Below, piece after piece: positions 12,601-24,700 of a stretch of 56,554 nucleotides of DNA. This stretch comes from Catajapyx aquilonaris (Eukaryota). The notes beneath the pieces were generated by a model that was given only the letters and a program-made list of their open reading frames with translations, made no database searches and was not told where the DNA came from. How positions within the stretch are numbered: the stretch's first letter is position 1; every line of letters starts with the position of its first letter. The stretch lies in assembly GCA_000934665.2 (NCBI GenBank), contig JYFJ02002468.1:1-56554 (forward strand). The letters run 5' to 3'. The position numbers and the translations under genes are program-made.

Positions 12601-14468
12601 CCAAAACTGAATTCCAAGAATGATTCACATCATGCTTTACTGAGGCAGAATGGTGTTTATCAGTAGTGATTCGTGAACATGCAGAAATCTAAATTCAAAA
12701 ATGAAGCCAGCCTTCCCGCAACTTCAAAATATAAGCAAACAACTCCTGACCAGATCTGAATGCAGGCTCTCGGATGCAGGCTCTCGAAAAACCCGCCCCA
12801 GCCTTGGTGAAGAGGCCCCAACTATGCATTAGTGCATTTTGCCCCCTGACCATGTATTTTCTGCAAAAATATCAACTAAATGCCATTTATTGCAGAAGGT
12901 ATCAAACCAAGATTGTCTCACTGCAGCCTAATGCAGTATACGTCCCATGTTATAACAAAAAAATGTGGCTTGGTCACAAAAAAGTGCCCACGTCACCGGC
13001 GGGTGAACTTTTTGCACATCACCGTCGCAGTGTTAAGGATTGAGAAATGCCTCACTAGGCTAGTTTCACACATGGCTATGTATCAATATGCCCTATTTTT
13101 TAGGAATAATGCAGATTAGAATGTTCAGTGCCACTGGTTTAGTGCAATTAAAAGAAAACAAAATAACGTAATAAATAATGACAATCTATGTCCCTTTGAG
13201 GTGTTAATCACATTTTTGGTGGGATGACAATAGGTGGGCCAAACCTGACTTGTGTTTTTGGCTGGACTATAAATTTACAAATGACAACCAATGCATGATT
13301 CAGTGTCATCAGGCTGTAGGCTTGATAGAAGATATTGGATGACTGCACTATTATCTGGCCAAGGGGAGAAATTCAGCTGCAAATGCATCAATTTAAATGC
13401 AATACCTGCTCTAATATCCAACTAGCCATGATTGGCAGCTTGTGCATATAGAGGTAGTTGGTGTACCTACTTGTGATAAAACTTCTATAAGTCGAACTTC
13501 CCTAAGTCGAAGTTCTCTATAAGTCGAAGAAAATGATGAGTTTGGTTGGTCACTATGTAAAATAATAGGAAATAAACTTCCCTAAGTCGAATTTCTATAA
13601 CTCCAAGTTCTCCATAACTCGAAGTGCAGGCAGGGCCTTACGATGGGATATCAATGCATTTTCAGTCTCCCTAAGTCGAAGTTCATGTTGGCGAGTACGG
13701 ATAATTTTCTCATTTCCCACCCTAAGGGTCGAGAGTAGGCCACATGTACAGAAAGGCTCAATTTCCTGATCTCCTTCTACCAGACGTACCGAATGATGTG
13801 TTTGACTCGATTGTGACAATTGAATCCTTGAATCTAAGAGTAGACAAATGTCCATAACGGAGTTTTTTAAGCACTAAAACAACGAGGAACATTGTAAGTG
13901 TGATAGTGACAGTTATTTTGAAGTTTTGAACACCTTTTGTTGCGGGATATAATGGTAGGTTTCCTAATAGAGTTTTGTGCTTTAAAAATTTCAAACTTCT
14001 CTAACTCGAATCTTCTATAACTCATGTTTTTTCCCGGTCCCATGGAGATTCGACGTATAGAAGTTTTACTGTATTCCTAAATTTCTAAAAAGCTTACAAA
14101 TTTCACCATTCTTTTGCTAGGTAGGTTCAAGCCCAATACATAATCATATCACTCTGCTGTCAACAAGATATTGTACAAAAATTCACAGCGACCAATCGAC
14201 TAGTCACTTTGAAAAACCAGAATTATATTTAAAAAATTGCCTAATAAAACGTGGCATGGAAATTGCATGGCGCAGGAACCACATGGATAACTCTCAAGGT
14301 CATTTCTCATGTGTAACGCGTTTAATATGGCTGAAATTACTCCACATCTTATGAGACACATTGTTTTGTCTGGGGGAATCTTTTGGGAAGGGTAGATGAT
14401 GTAATAAACCAACTTTACCTATCACTGCTTGCGGAGCTGGCCGGATCAAACACAAAGCGCGCCGCCAT
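614..14468 (-). CDS. UCKL1: Uridine-cytidine kinase-like 1 (kinase domain plus start of UPRTase-like domain); 3' exons lie beyond the left window edge
   Basis: Phase-compatible GT-AG exons (-): 14468-14419 ([16 protein letters not shown]), 11823-11720, 10587-10426 ([23 protein letters not shown]), 4627-4521 (P-loop [12 protein letters not shown]...LDSFYK), 4466-4296 ([14 protein letters not shown]), 4235-4164 (IIFEGIL), 4107-3856 ([26 protein letters not shown]), 826-614 ([26 protein letters not shown]). Confidence 0.95.
896..1140. mobile_element. MITE with about 32-bp TIRs
   Basis: aagacctcgggggaagaacgatcaaagtccac (896-927) vs gtggaccttgatcgttcttcccccgaggtctt (1109-1140). Confidence 0.7.
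1924..3151. mobile_element. Non-autonomous hAT-like foldback element with internal minisatellite
   Basis: Termini CAGGGTTGTGAAC...GTTCACAACCCTG, inverted arms over 400 bp, 8-bp TSD cttgccaa/cttgccat. Confidence 0.85.
2408..2690. repeat. Tandem minisatellite: about 3 short aaaaatgcgcatgacat units, then about 6 x 38 bp
   Basis: Unit aaatgcgtacggtatgacatgaaaatgtgacatacaac, period 38 (2461, 2499, ...). Confidence 0.9.
4648..4930 (-). mobile_element. tRNA-derived SINE, family A
   Basis: Reverse complement of the 5579-5875 element; TSD cagaaataataaat at 4634-4647 and 4931-4944. Confidence 0.85.
5579..5875 (+). mobile_element. tRNA-derived SINE, family A (head resembles tRNA-Ser GCU)
   Basis: A box TGGAGTGGATAAGG, anticodon-like gactGCTaat, B box GGTTCGCGTCC, (ATT)n tail, 15-bp TSD aaataaagtgaaaaa at 5564-5578 and 5876-5890. 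Confidence 0.9.
5961..6110. mobile_element. 150-bp hairpin MITE
   Basis: gtatagtgcggaaaac ... gttttccgcactatac, plus inner inverted atctgacatcatc/gatgacgtcagat. Confidence 0.65.
6375..7030. repeat. Three diverged 218-bp tandem repeats
   Basis: Units start at ctatt(t)aattccc (6375, 6593, 6811); each contains ggac.tcgtcgg...cgaaatctcctctc.a.ga.ggg...tgtcaccct. Confidence 0.8.
7435..7685 (-). mobile_element. 5'-truncated SINE, family B
   Basis: catgtgcagtccccaggaggttaggttgccagac matches the reverse complement of 35028-35395; (TTTA)n tail at about 7435-7465. Confidence 0.75.
7720..8167 (-). mobile_element. Chimeric SINE (family A head + family B-like body and tail)
   Basis: TSD tgaatcgcctcta at 7707-7719 and 8168-8180; 8167-7990 matches family A and 7950-7750 resembles family B. 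Confidence 0.75.
8221..8890 (-). mobile_element. Degenerate mariner transposon (transposase pseudogene fragments)
   Basis: Fragments [13 protein letters not shown] (N-terminus), [11 protein letters not shown] and [13 protein letters not shown] (mariner catalytic motif). Terminus TACGAGGAGTGTTCAAAAAA on the - strand at 8890. Confidence 0.85.
9324..9577. mobile_element. piggyBac-like MITE
   Basis: TTAA-CCCTG...CAGGG-TTAA with TIR aaccgtgccgtggggtct; further copies at 20637 and 49002. Confidence 0.85.
9708..10200. repeat. Foldback made of about 125-bp units (two direct, then two inverted)
   Basis: agttacctga.caaaatgaccctgtgac...cttgaaattcagtgcatt appears twice, then its reverse complement twice. 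Confidence 0.75.
11364..11701 (+). mobile_element. tRNA-derived SINE sharing its 3' tail with the 16609 SINE
   Basis: A box TAGTCTAGTGG, B box GGTTCAAATCC, tail aataaaggtccgtg..tacct....gaggt..gcactaccc, TSD gaagacagatt at 11353-11363 and 11702-11712. Confidence 0.8.
12421..13032. mobile_element. TTAA-flanked piggyBac-like non-autonomous element
   Basis: TTAA-CACTG...CAGTG-TTAA; subterminal ggtgacgtgggcactttttt vs aaaaaagtgcccacgtcacc. Confidence 0.65.
13477..14071. mobile_element. pogo/Tigger-like MITE with repeated taagtcgaa subterminal motifs
   Basis: taaaacttctataagtcgaa ... ttcgacgtatagaagttttactg-TA. Confidence 0.7.
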
Positions 14469-15157
14469 CTTGACTGTACTTGTTGCCAAACGTCACAGAC
14501 AATCACGTTAATGACCATAAATGTAACTTACATTATTAACTCTTTATATTGCAATAAAATAATACAGTTGGTTAGTATATAATTAATGTAATTAAATTGA
14601 ATTAGACTGTAGTTATTAGAATTTCACAAGTGCCGTGTAAATTACATATGCGTTTTATATCCCTAATGTCGCAGATGTGTTCTCTTTCCTTCCTGGAAAA
14701 GTCGGTTGGTTTGCGTTTACCGCCACTTCTTAGATTAATTTTGTCAAATTGTCTACCCATTGGGTTACAGGAAACATACTCGTACTTCTGAGGTACGTAA
14801 AACCTATTTACCACGCCTAGAACTGCTTAGAACGCATGACGCATCTGCGATATCGCGATTATGATATGATCGTATTTGTGATTTATAATTTAAGGAATTA
14901 AACATCAGGTCTCGATTTTAATTTTAATTTGATAGATTTCATATCGAAGACTTAAAAGTGTAAATATTTTATAAAAACTACTTATTTATTTATTTTCTGT
15001 TAACAAGCCTGTCCTGTTCGGTTGCTAGGCGCCTAGCTGTTATTCTTTATTTAGTACTTTTACCGTCGACTTTTACATTTGAAGTGTTCGGATGTGGGTG
15101 CCCGGGACAGTTCGGCATTTTACCACCCCGGGCTAAGAAAAAAAACCCTGCAAAACC
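14469..15157. promoter_or_regulatory. Probable bidirectional promoter region, UCKL1 / DNAAF11-like
   Basis: Divergent ATGs about 690 bp apart. Locally CpG-rich relative to the introns. A YY1-type CAAGATGGCGGC overlaps the UCKL1 ATG. Confidence 0.6.
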
Positions 15158-18100
15158 ATGCAATCTGGTGAGTACAGAAAGTGTTTGTTACTGGTATGAA
15201 ATGACATCATAAAACATTTCTATATATTGGTAACACTTTATAGTGCCCTTCCAGGTTTTTGGGGGGCGGTACACATCTCTCTTGCTAGTAACAGTGCTAG
15301 TAACAATGACGGTGGTTCCTTTGATAGTATATTATGTGTGGAATTATGCAGTCATGTTATAAATAAGCACTTATTGTATTGGGTCACATAACAAATGTAG
15401 CATGTATAGGCCTATTATTGGGACGGTGGAAAGTGTGGGTGGAATTTTCGTCTCCCACTGCTAAACTTGGCAATACCAGTGTTTGCAATGGTACTGCTAA
15501 GTTACAGCAACTACAGGAGAGGGACGAAAATTTCACCCTATATGTCATTAATAATAACACAGGCCTGCGATGGATTTTTTCTTGAATGAGAGAGGTGTTT
15601 CTGATGTATTTTGTAATACTGATTTCGGGAAAAATACGCAAAATCTTCTATCACCCACAGTTTTTGAGATATATCGTTTTAAAACTTTGAACGATTTACT
15701 AGGGGTCTTTCCGAATCAAGTGGCCGAAATGTTGCTAGACCGTCTCTGATCTTGGTCAAAATAATCGCAGATGTACTCAACTATTCGTTAATGCTGCTTA
15801 TAAAATATTGCGCAATACCATGGCGAGGAAAAAAATCTGCAAATGACTGAAAATGAGGCCTTTTTGGGAGAATTTTTTTTCGGTTAGTGGAAGTGATCAG
15901 AACCCAATGAACATAATTATACATCAAAAGGAGAAACACCAGGAGAATGCGTCGCTGGAATTAGTTTTCCTCTAAAATGCTAAAGTAAATTTTTATAGCA
16001 TTTCATTGGTCACTTGCTCAGTCACATGCTCAAGAATTGTGACCTCAACAATTAGTGATGTGTTTGCGTTACGTCAGTCATATTTGGTGACACTAGTTGT
16101 GACTGACACAAGGTTCAGTATGTTAAGTTAGAGACCTTGGTCATGCATGGTTCGCGAGAAAATCATAGATAATAATAAATATTACAATATGTATCACAGG
16201 CCTGCGATGAAATTTTTTCTTCAAAGTGAGAGGTGTTTCGTATGTATTTTTTGATGCTGATTTCGGGGAAAATACGCAAAAACTTCTATCACGTACAGTT
16301 TCGACACAAATCGAGAATTTCTGTCTGGTTGCCTACATACTGGGCGCGCTGCTATAAAAATGTGTCAAACCAATATTTAGCTTAGAAAATTTGTATTTCA
16401 GATCAACGACGATAAATTGAAACACAGATAGTAGAGAAATGTTTAAATGTTAAAATTTGATTTATAACCTCTAATGTGGCAACACCTGAACCGCGCGCGG
16501 AAGGGTGGGTGCATAGAAAACATTTTTTTCCACGAGTACATGTAAGTACCTATTCATGTCATCTAGTTCATCTTGAAGGAGATGGACATGGCTTTGTAAC
16601 CTATTTTTAGGGAGGCGGAGTGGTGCTGCGGTAACGTGTACGCGCCCACGGATGTTAAGGTCCCGGGTTCGATCCCAACCCGGGGACACCACCTTCATCT
16701 CGTGCAGAGTTCAGGGTCACCTCTGGCTTCGTCTCGGGTGGTAATTCCAACAGACTAAACCACCCGGGGGAGTTCACTAAAAATGGCCACGTTTAAGACA
16801 ATCACTGCACCTTGCACATCCCCTCCTGTCATTCTGCCCGTGGGCCCGGGCGCTACGTAAAAAGGCTCAAATGTATTTGATGTAATAAATAAAGGTCCGT
16901 GCTGCATACCTCAGATGAGGTCAAGCACTACCCCGGATTATTAAAAAAATTATTATTAATTGTAACCTATTTTTTTCTCACGACTAGGAGTCAGCTGCAC
17001 AACTGAACCAAAAAGCTTTTTTAATCTGCTATACTCTTCTGTGTGATTTTCCTGAATATTTATCCTCACTTTGTGGAAAGACCTGACGTGATAGAGGAAA
17101 AAGCTCGGCATTTCTGAACTCAGCGTATCGAAATACATTAGAAGCACACAAAACTGTGCAGAAAAAAAGCATTATTTCGCAGGCCTGTGTTATTATATCT
17201 GACCTTTTCTGTTATCCGACAATGCCCCAGTCCCATGTTGTTAATATGATATTGGTGTTCTCAATGATAACATTGTTATGAAGCAAAACAGCGTAGATAA
17301 ATGAAGGGGTTAGTGCCATAACGTGCTAAGCCACACTTTTGTGTTTTTTGAGCTTGCACGTGTCTGAAAGTCCCACCATCGTGCTTCACAAGTGGGCATC
17401 ACGTAGTTAGAAAAATTCCCCATAGATCACGAGAAAATCACGAATAATGTTCCTTGTTTTGTATGATTTGCCATATTAAGCCAAACTTTTGAAAGCCCAT
17501 ATCTCAGAATGAAGGTTTTGTGGCTTAGCACGTTATGGCACTAGCCCATTCAAATTTGAATTACCTTCACAGTGTCATTGGATTTGATATGGGCCTCCGC
17601 CACAAGCGATCCCAAAAAGGACAGAATAATACCCGAGTCTGTTCTCAAAAAGGCTAATAATTGGGAAGAAGATGTCACTGAGCTGCACCTCAACCTCCAT
17701 ATGATCAGGAAAATTGGTATGGCATATATGCTATTTTACTAGTTACATGATGTGAAAGTCTAATGTTATTTTCTGTTGTGTTGCAGAAAACTTTGAGCCA
17801 TTGACAAACATAAAATACTTGGACTTATCTGCCAACAACATTGACACCATTGAAAATCTTGGATCTCTCACACAGCTGCAGCACCTTGACTTAGGTTCAA
17901 ACTATATTTGCTTCCTTTCTGCCATTGAAGAGCTAGAAGATTTGATTTTCCTGGAATCCTTGTAGGTACTGGTGATGATGCAACAACAACTGTGCACTTA
18001 ACAATTATTCATTTCAGAGACCTGAGTGGAAATCCATGCTCATTCTTTAATGACTACTACCTCTATGTTATTGCTGCATTGCCACAACTTAACTCTGTAG

Positions 18101-21100
18101 ATAAGAGGACGACAAATCCCTCAGAGAGAATTAAAGCCTTAGAAAACTTTGACGATTTGGAAGAAAGCATTGAGAACCAAGAGGAAAATGTCAGGAAGAA
18201 GCGAAGACTTCAGAAGATGCGTAGTTTCTATAAATGCAAGGCCATGCTAAAGTATAGTCATCTCGCTCTGGAGCAGCTGGATGACATGTAAATATGCAGT
18301 GGAATTTTGTCTTTTGCTAGGTCATAATATTTTCATTTCTTCTACAGTTTCAATGAGGCAATATATGTGGAGAAAGATCCACTGAAACTTGAAAGAGATT
18401 TAGCTGAGATGCAGTTACTTCCCTCCATGCAAATATATCCAGGAAAGAGGCTTCCCTATAAGCATCAACGCGTTCTCTTTGGTAATCTCAACATGCCTCT
18501 CAATGTCAATGAAGGACGTTTCAAGTTTCGCTTTGGTGACACAGAATATGGAAATGGCTACATACTGCAGGTTACCCTCTCTAAGTAAGTTTGTGAAGAG
18601 GAGTACCCTTCACAGGAGGCTAAGGAATAGACACCATCATTGTCCTGCATAAATTTATTGGAGAGAGTTTTGATGCCCTAAAACGCTGTTAATAGGGATG
18701 CTGGCGTGAATAGGGACGAAGGTTGCAAAAATGTATAGATTATGGAATTTTGCAAAATGGGAAGATATCAAAATAGGGTTTTTGCAGGAGTTAAAGAAAA
18801 TATTTTATGAGCTGCCATATAGCCTACATAGTTGTTTAAAAATTACACAGGCCTGCGAAATAACACTTTATTTTTTCTGCACAGTTTTCTGCGTTTTTAA
18901 TTTATTTCGATACGCTGAGTTCAGAAATGCCGAGCTTTTTCCTCTATCACGTCAGGGTTTTCCACAAAGTGAGGATAAAGATTCAGGAAAATCACACAGA
19001 AGAGTAGCCTATATCAGAGTAAAAAAGCCTTTGGTTCAGGCCTAGGTGGGGTTGAGTAGGTTTGAGAAAAAAATAGGTTACAAAGCCACGGTCACCTCCT
19101 TTAAGATGAAATAGATGGCATTAGTAGGTACTTACAGGTACTCGTGGAAAAAAATGTTTTCTATGCACCCACCCTACCGAGTGGTTCAGGTGTTGCCACA
19201 TTAGAGGTTATAAATCAAATTTTAACATGTTAACATTTTTCTACTTTCTATGTTTCAATTTATCGTCGTTGACCTGAAATATCTATTTTTCTAAGCTAAA
19301 TATTGGTTTGACACATTTTTATAGCAGCGCGCCCAGTATGTAGGCAGCCAGCCAGAAATTCTCGATTTGTGTCGAAACTGTACGTGATAGAAGTTTTTGC
19401 GTATTTTTCCCGAAATCAGCATCAAAAAATACATAGGAAACACCTCTCACTTTGAAGAAAAAATCTCACCGCAGGCTTGTGATATATATATTATAATCTA
19501 TATTATAATCTATTATTTTCTCGCGAACCATGCATGACCAAGGCCTCTAACTTAACATACTGAACCTTGTGTCAGTCACAACTAGTGCCACTAAATATGA
19601 CCGATGTAACGCAAAGACATCGCTAATTGTTGAGGTCACAATATATTCTTGGGCATGTGACTGAACAAGTGACCAATGAAATGCTATAAAAATTTATTTT
19701 TGCATTTTAGAGGAAAACTAATTCCAGCGACGCATTCTCCTGGTGTTTCTCTTCCTTCTGATGTATAATTATGTTCATTGGGTTCTGATCACTTCCACTA
19801 ACCGAAAATAATTCTCCCGAAAAGGCCTCATTTTCAGTCATTTGCAGATTTTTTTCCTCGTCATGGTATTGCGCAATATGGCGTAAATTTTATAAGCAGC
19901 ATTAAAGGAATAGTTGAGTACATCTGCGATTATTTTGACCAAGATCCGAGACGGTCTAGCAACATTTCGGCCACTGGATTCGGAAAGACCCCTAGTAAAT
20001 CGTTCAAAGTTTTGAAACGATATATCTCAAAAACTGTGGGTGATAGAAGATTTTGCGTATTTTTCCCGAAATCAGCATTATAAAATACATCAGAAACACC
20101 TCTCACATTCAAGAAAAAATCCATCGCAGGCCTGTGTTATTTATGTTTAGATTGGATCAGCTGTTATTTTGGCATCACATTTTAATGCAGTGGTTCTCCA
20201 TCTTTTTTCCTGATGAACCACTTTTCATGTTATGATGATTGAAGTACCACCAATACCTACAATTCCAAAGGAAAGCTGGAAAATAATTTAAAGACAGAAT
20301 AGTTTTATGTGAAAAACTATTTATTCCAAAATTGTTCCACATAATCACCTTCAAGCTTGCGTTCAAAGGGGATTTTCGGATTGATTCCAGACATTGAATA
20401 GCTAGGTTAACACCCTTGACATTGGATAGTGTATATGGGCCTTCATCAATCTTTCTCATTATTGCTTATCACTGGATAACACTTTCACATAACTTACCAC
20501 TGATGGTATGCATACCACAGATTGAAAACCACTGTTTTAATGGGATATTATTATTTAAAGTTAGATAAGCATTGTTGCTACTAATTTTATTGACATTAAG
20601 TGAATTTTAAATTGAATATAGCTATTTTGTGTTTAACCCTGCAGGAACCGTGTCGTGGGGTCTTTTTGGACCCCAAGGAATTAAAATGCATTAAAATGAT
20701 AATTACAATGAACTTTTGGCAATTTTTTTACAGTAGGCTATATAACAATAATGCATGTTTATTTTGCATTAGCGATCATCTTAGTCATTATTCAACGAAT
20801 GATTGTATATAGTCAATACATTGAAAAGTATTATATAAAAATTAATAAAATTTAAAGTATGGATGGGGTCCGAAAAGACCCCACGGCACGGTTGCTGTAG
20901 CCTATAACTTTCAGGCAAGGCACGGTTAAGTCAATTCTAGGCTAGAACTATAGCCTACGACACTGAGTATGTAATTTTTATAATGTAAATTAGAATAAAA
21001 TTAAGTAAGATAATAATTTTCAACTATTTTTGGCCGTTAAACATTTCTTAGAAACTAAAATTAAGTCTCAATTAACTACTGTTGTATGTTGAAAAGGTAA

Positions 21101-21722
21101 CTTATATTGAAAAAAACAGGTGTCCATATTCAGCCCACCTTTTTGTTTGTTTGTTTGTAGGCGTTTATTTATTCCAGGGTCGGTCTGCGGCTCGTGCCGC
21201 TTGGCCGACCCTCTACAAAAATTTTGTTGCGAACATAATACAATAATATAATACACTACTACACTAGAATACAGTACAATACTACAATACTATACATATC
21301 TTTCTTCTCCCTCGCTTCATCTCTTCCACCACACCTCCCCTGTCTGCCCGCTTCCCCTGTCCCTTTTTTTCTTTTTCTTCATCTTCCCTCGGTCCAGTCT
21401 ACACAACCCCCTCCCCTATCTTCTCCAAAACCTCGTCCTTTCTCTTTTTAACCAGACTGTGCAGGTATTTACATAGTGCCCCCCTTTTTTTAACATCATT
21501 CACATATTGGTAGACGTCGGCCCCACGCTTTTGTTCCACCCCCTGCAGCCAATCCGTCCTTTCCTTTTCCATCTCCCTGCAATCTCTGACTATGTGCTCC
21601 ATCGTCTCCCTTCCCTCTCCACACAATAGACAACTTCTGTCCTCCTCCTGCAGCCATGACCAGTTCCCTCTGTATATGGATCCAAATAAAATAAAATAAA
21701 ATAAAATAAATTAAAATAAATT

Positions 21723-21756
<34 letters not shown>

Positions 21757-24700
21757 CAGGCCTGCGATGAAATTTTTTTCTTGAAAGTGAGAGGTGTTTC
21801 GTATGTATTTTATAATGCTGATTTCGGGGAAAATACGCAAAATCTTCTATCACCCACAGTTTTTGAGATATATCGTTTTAAAACTTTGAACGATTTACTA
21901 GGGGGTCTTTCCGAATCAAGTGGCCGAAAGGTTGCTAGGAAGTTTATGTCTTTGTGGCACTAGTCCTATGCAATCCGAGCAATGTTTATTACTCTGAGAT
22001 AAAGGGGAGGTGTGGTAGCCAAGATGGTAACTTCTCGGGTTGCTGACGAGTGAAAGGTCCCAGGTTCGATCCCCGCCTTAGAGTTCCCTTTCACCTGCGT
22101 CAGGAGGGTCTCTGACCTGCACCTTGGAGGTGTCTGGCAACCTAACCTCCGGGGGGACTGCACATGGCCCAAACGTTTAAGACATTGCATCTGCACAAGT
22201 GTCTCCTCCCCAACAATCTCTATCCCAGGTACCCTACATCCTGAAGTCCTTGCACGGTGATTGAAGAAAAACAAGTTGGATAACTGATGGTGGTGTGCCA
22301 CTCCCCTAGCTATAACGACTTATAGTTGTATCACGGGGTAAAATAAATAATAAATAAGTAAATAAAAATATGGGGATATTGATTTGGAAATAATTAATTT
22401 TAATTAACTTTAATTAATTAATATGTACCGTCATATTATTATGTCCAACTGTCACTCTGGGACTCTTGCTCATCACATTGTCCAAACTACTCGTCTGTGG
22501 CAGTTTATTGAATATGCAGCTATATTTTGTGGCACAGATGATTGCAGAGAGGTGACAATAATGCCCTGCCTAACCAGGGTCCCGTCGAATTGTAATTTTA
22601 TTGAATTTTTAATTACAGAGAATTATAAATTTTAATTAATTGATTTGTATCATCATGGTGATTGAAGAAAAACAAGTTTGAAAACTGATGGTGGTGTGCC
22701 ACCCCCTATAACGACTTACAGTTGTATCACGGGGTAAATTAAATTTTAAACAAAAATTTTACTCTGAGATAATTCCACAATCGCACTTACCCTATATTGT
22801 GGGGCAATAAGTGCAGCACCGTGCACCACGTGCATATGTTAATTAATTTTTGGAGCACCCATATCGATTAATGTTATGCAATAGGCCACTTTGTAAGCCA
22901 ATAAGGTAAGGTATATTGTCCATTACTTTTTTTTCTCACTAGATAATTACTGAGGAAGTACACTAACATGCCTTTAAACTGCACCTAATCAGAATCCGTC
23001 CGCACTTACCCCAACTTACCCTTATTAATTTATTTTTAAATTATCGTGCCCGGGTACCCCACTACATCACTCCCTTTTGGCTATGCCATTTTAAAATAGT
23101 TCATGAAAATGAATGACATTATTCTGAACTTTGAACAAATTTGAGTATAAATGTTACTTGATATCAATTACTATTTTGCATACTGAAGGTATACAATATA
23201 CCACCAGTATTACAAAATCAATGCTACAACCTCCCATCATAGTAGAAGTGTGTAACTTTCTGCACTCATTTCACTCATATGTGCCCAAAATTCCGAAAAG
23301 CCAAACAAAAAAAGCAGAATCGAGGGGGGGGGGGGGGGGAACATTTGCTCATGCTGATGTAGCTGCATATAGATGGATTGATTCTGTACCTTGGGTCTTT
23401 CTTTGCTGAATAGTGTGACATACACCATTAATGCGATTCTGCTTACCCCAACTATTGCCTCCTTTGGGTCCCGGGACTCTCCTGTGCTTCTGAATGCACA
23501 AACTATGCCCTGGGGAAGTGCTAATAATAATGGCCCAGGACCAGGACTCTTGCCGAAGGGCAAATGGTGCAGAAGCAGGAGCTGCGAAACTCCGAGGACA
23601 GGATGGTGGGACCTCAGATGAAGCTCTGTAATCTCCACTTGTGGGTTTTCTGCACTACTGAGCATTTAATGACTTACATCATCTTCTTGCTGTCACCTTT
23701 TCTCTAATAATCATGAAAGCAGTTTTAGTGACACACAGCTTTTCATTTAACTCCATTGCATATCATTGACAATGGCCCAGGCTACAGGCTTCTGCCACCT
23801 TTTCAAAAATAAAAAAGTGAACTATCAAGATGCACTCTAACTTACACATTTTTAAAATCAAAATTTTCTACAGTAATGCACTGGTCGCATGTGGGATTAG
23901 CCTATAAACTGCAACTTTTACCATATTTGGGGTTGTCATTTTCCCAAAAGTCATTTGCAGTTTTCCTCACTAGTGTCACACACCAACAACAGAGAACAAG
24001 TATTCCTGCAGTAAATATCAACTGAGGTTTATAACCTATATAAGAGCATTTACATGAAAATCTTGAGATTGTTGACTCTGTCACTGGACTTGACCAATTC
24101 CCCTTAAGACCAACATAACATAGTGAAATCTTGTACCACTAACATGTGAGTTTCGCCATAGACCACATTTACATAATTATGAGTGATTCCATGAAACCAA
24201 TTATTGTTTGGGACAAATATAACAATTGCGTTTTGCTCCCAAACAATTGATCTAATTGCTCAGCTATGCTAATTGCTGCACATTGCTGATCAAATGGCTC
24301 ACATGTAAATGCGGCCTTATGTCTACTCCAACTATCTCCAGGGCATGTGTAATCCAGCTGATACCTATTAGTAGTTCAGACCCACCATTTACCTTTATCC
24401 CATCCCATACCCCAACTCAAATGCAATGTTCCCTCATGAAGAAACAATTGTCATATCATGAACAAGTTTACAGGATACCTGGTTTATACCATTAGCTCTT
24501 GTTTATACCCATGGCACAACAACTCTTTGTTCATCAGGGAACTATCATCCTCAGTTTTCACATTTGATTTGGGGTGTGGTTGTGAGATGGGAAAATAATT
24601 GCCACACGATATTGGCTGGACTAGAATAAATCGTTGTCATACAAGTGAAATCCACGAAGTCCAATTTTGGCAGTTTTGATAGTTGTATACACCACTAAGT

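Noticed and set aside
23237..23665. 142-aa ORF antisense within the DNAAF11-like intron
   Set aside because: No recognisable domain or consistent splice structure.
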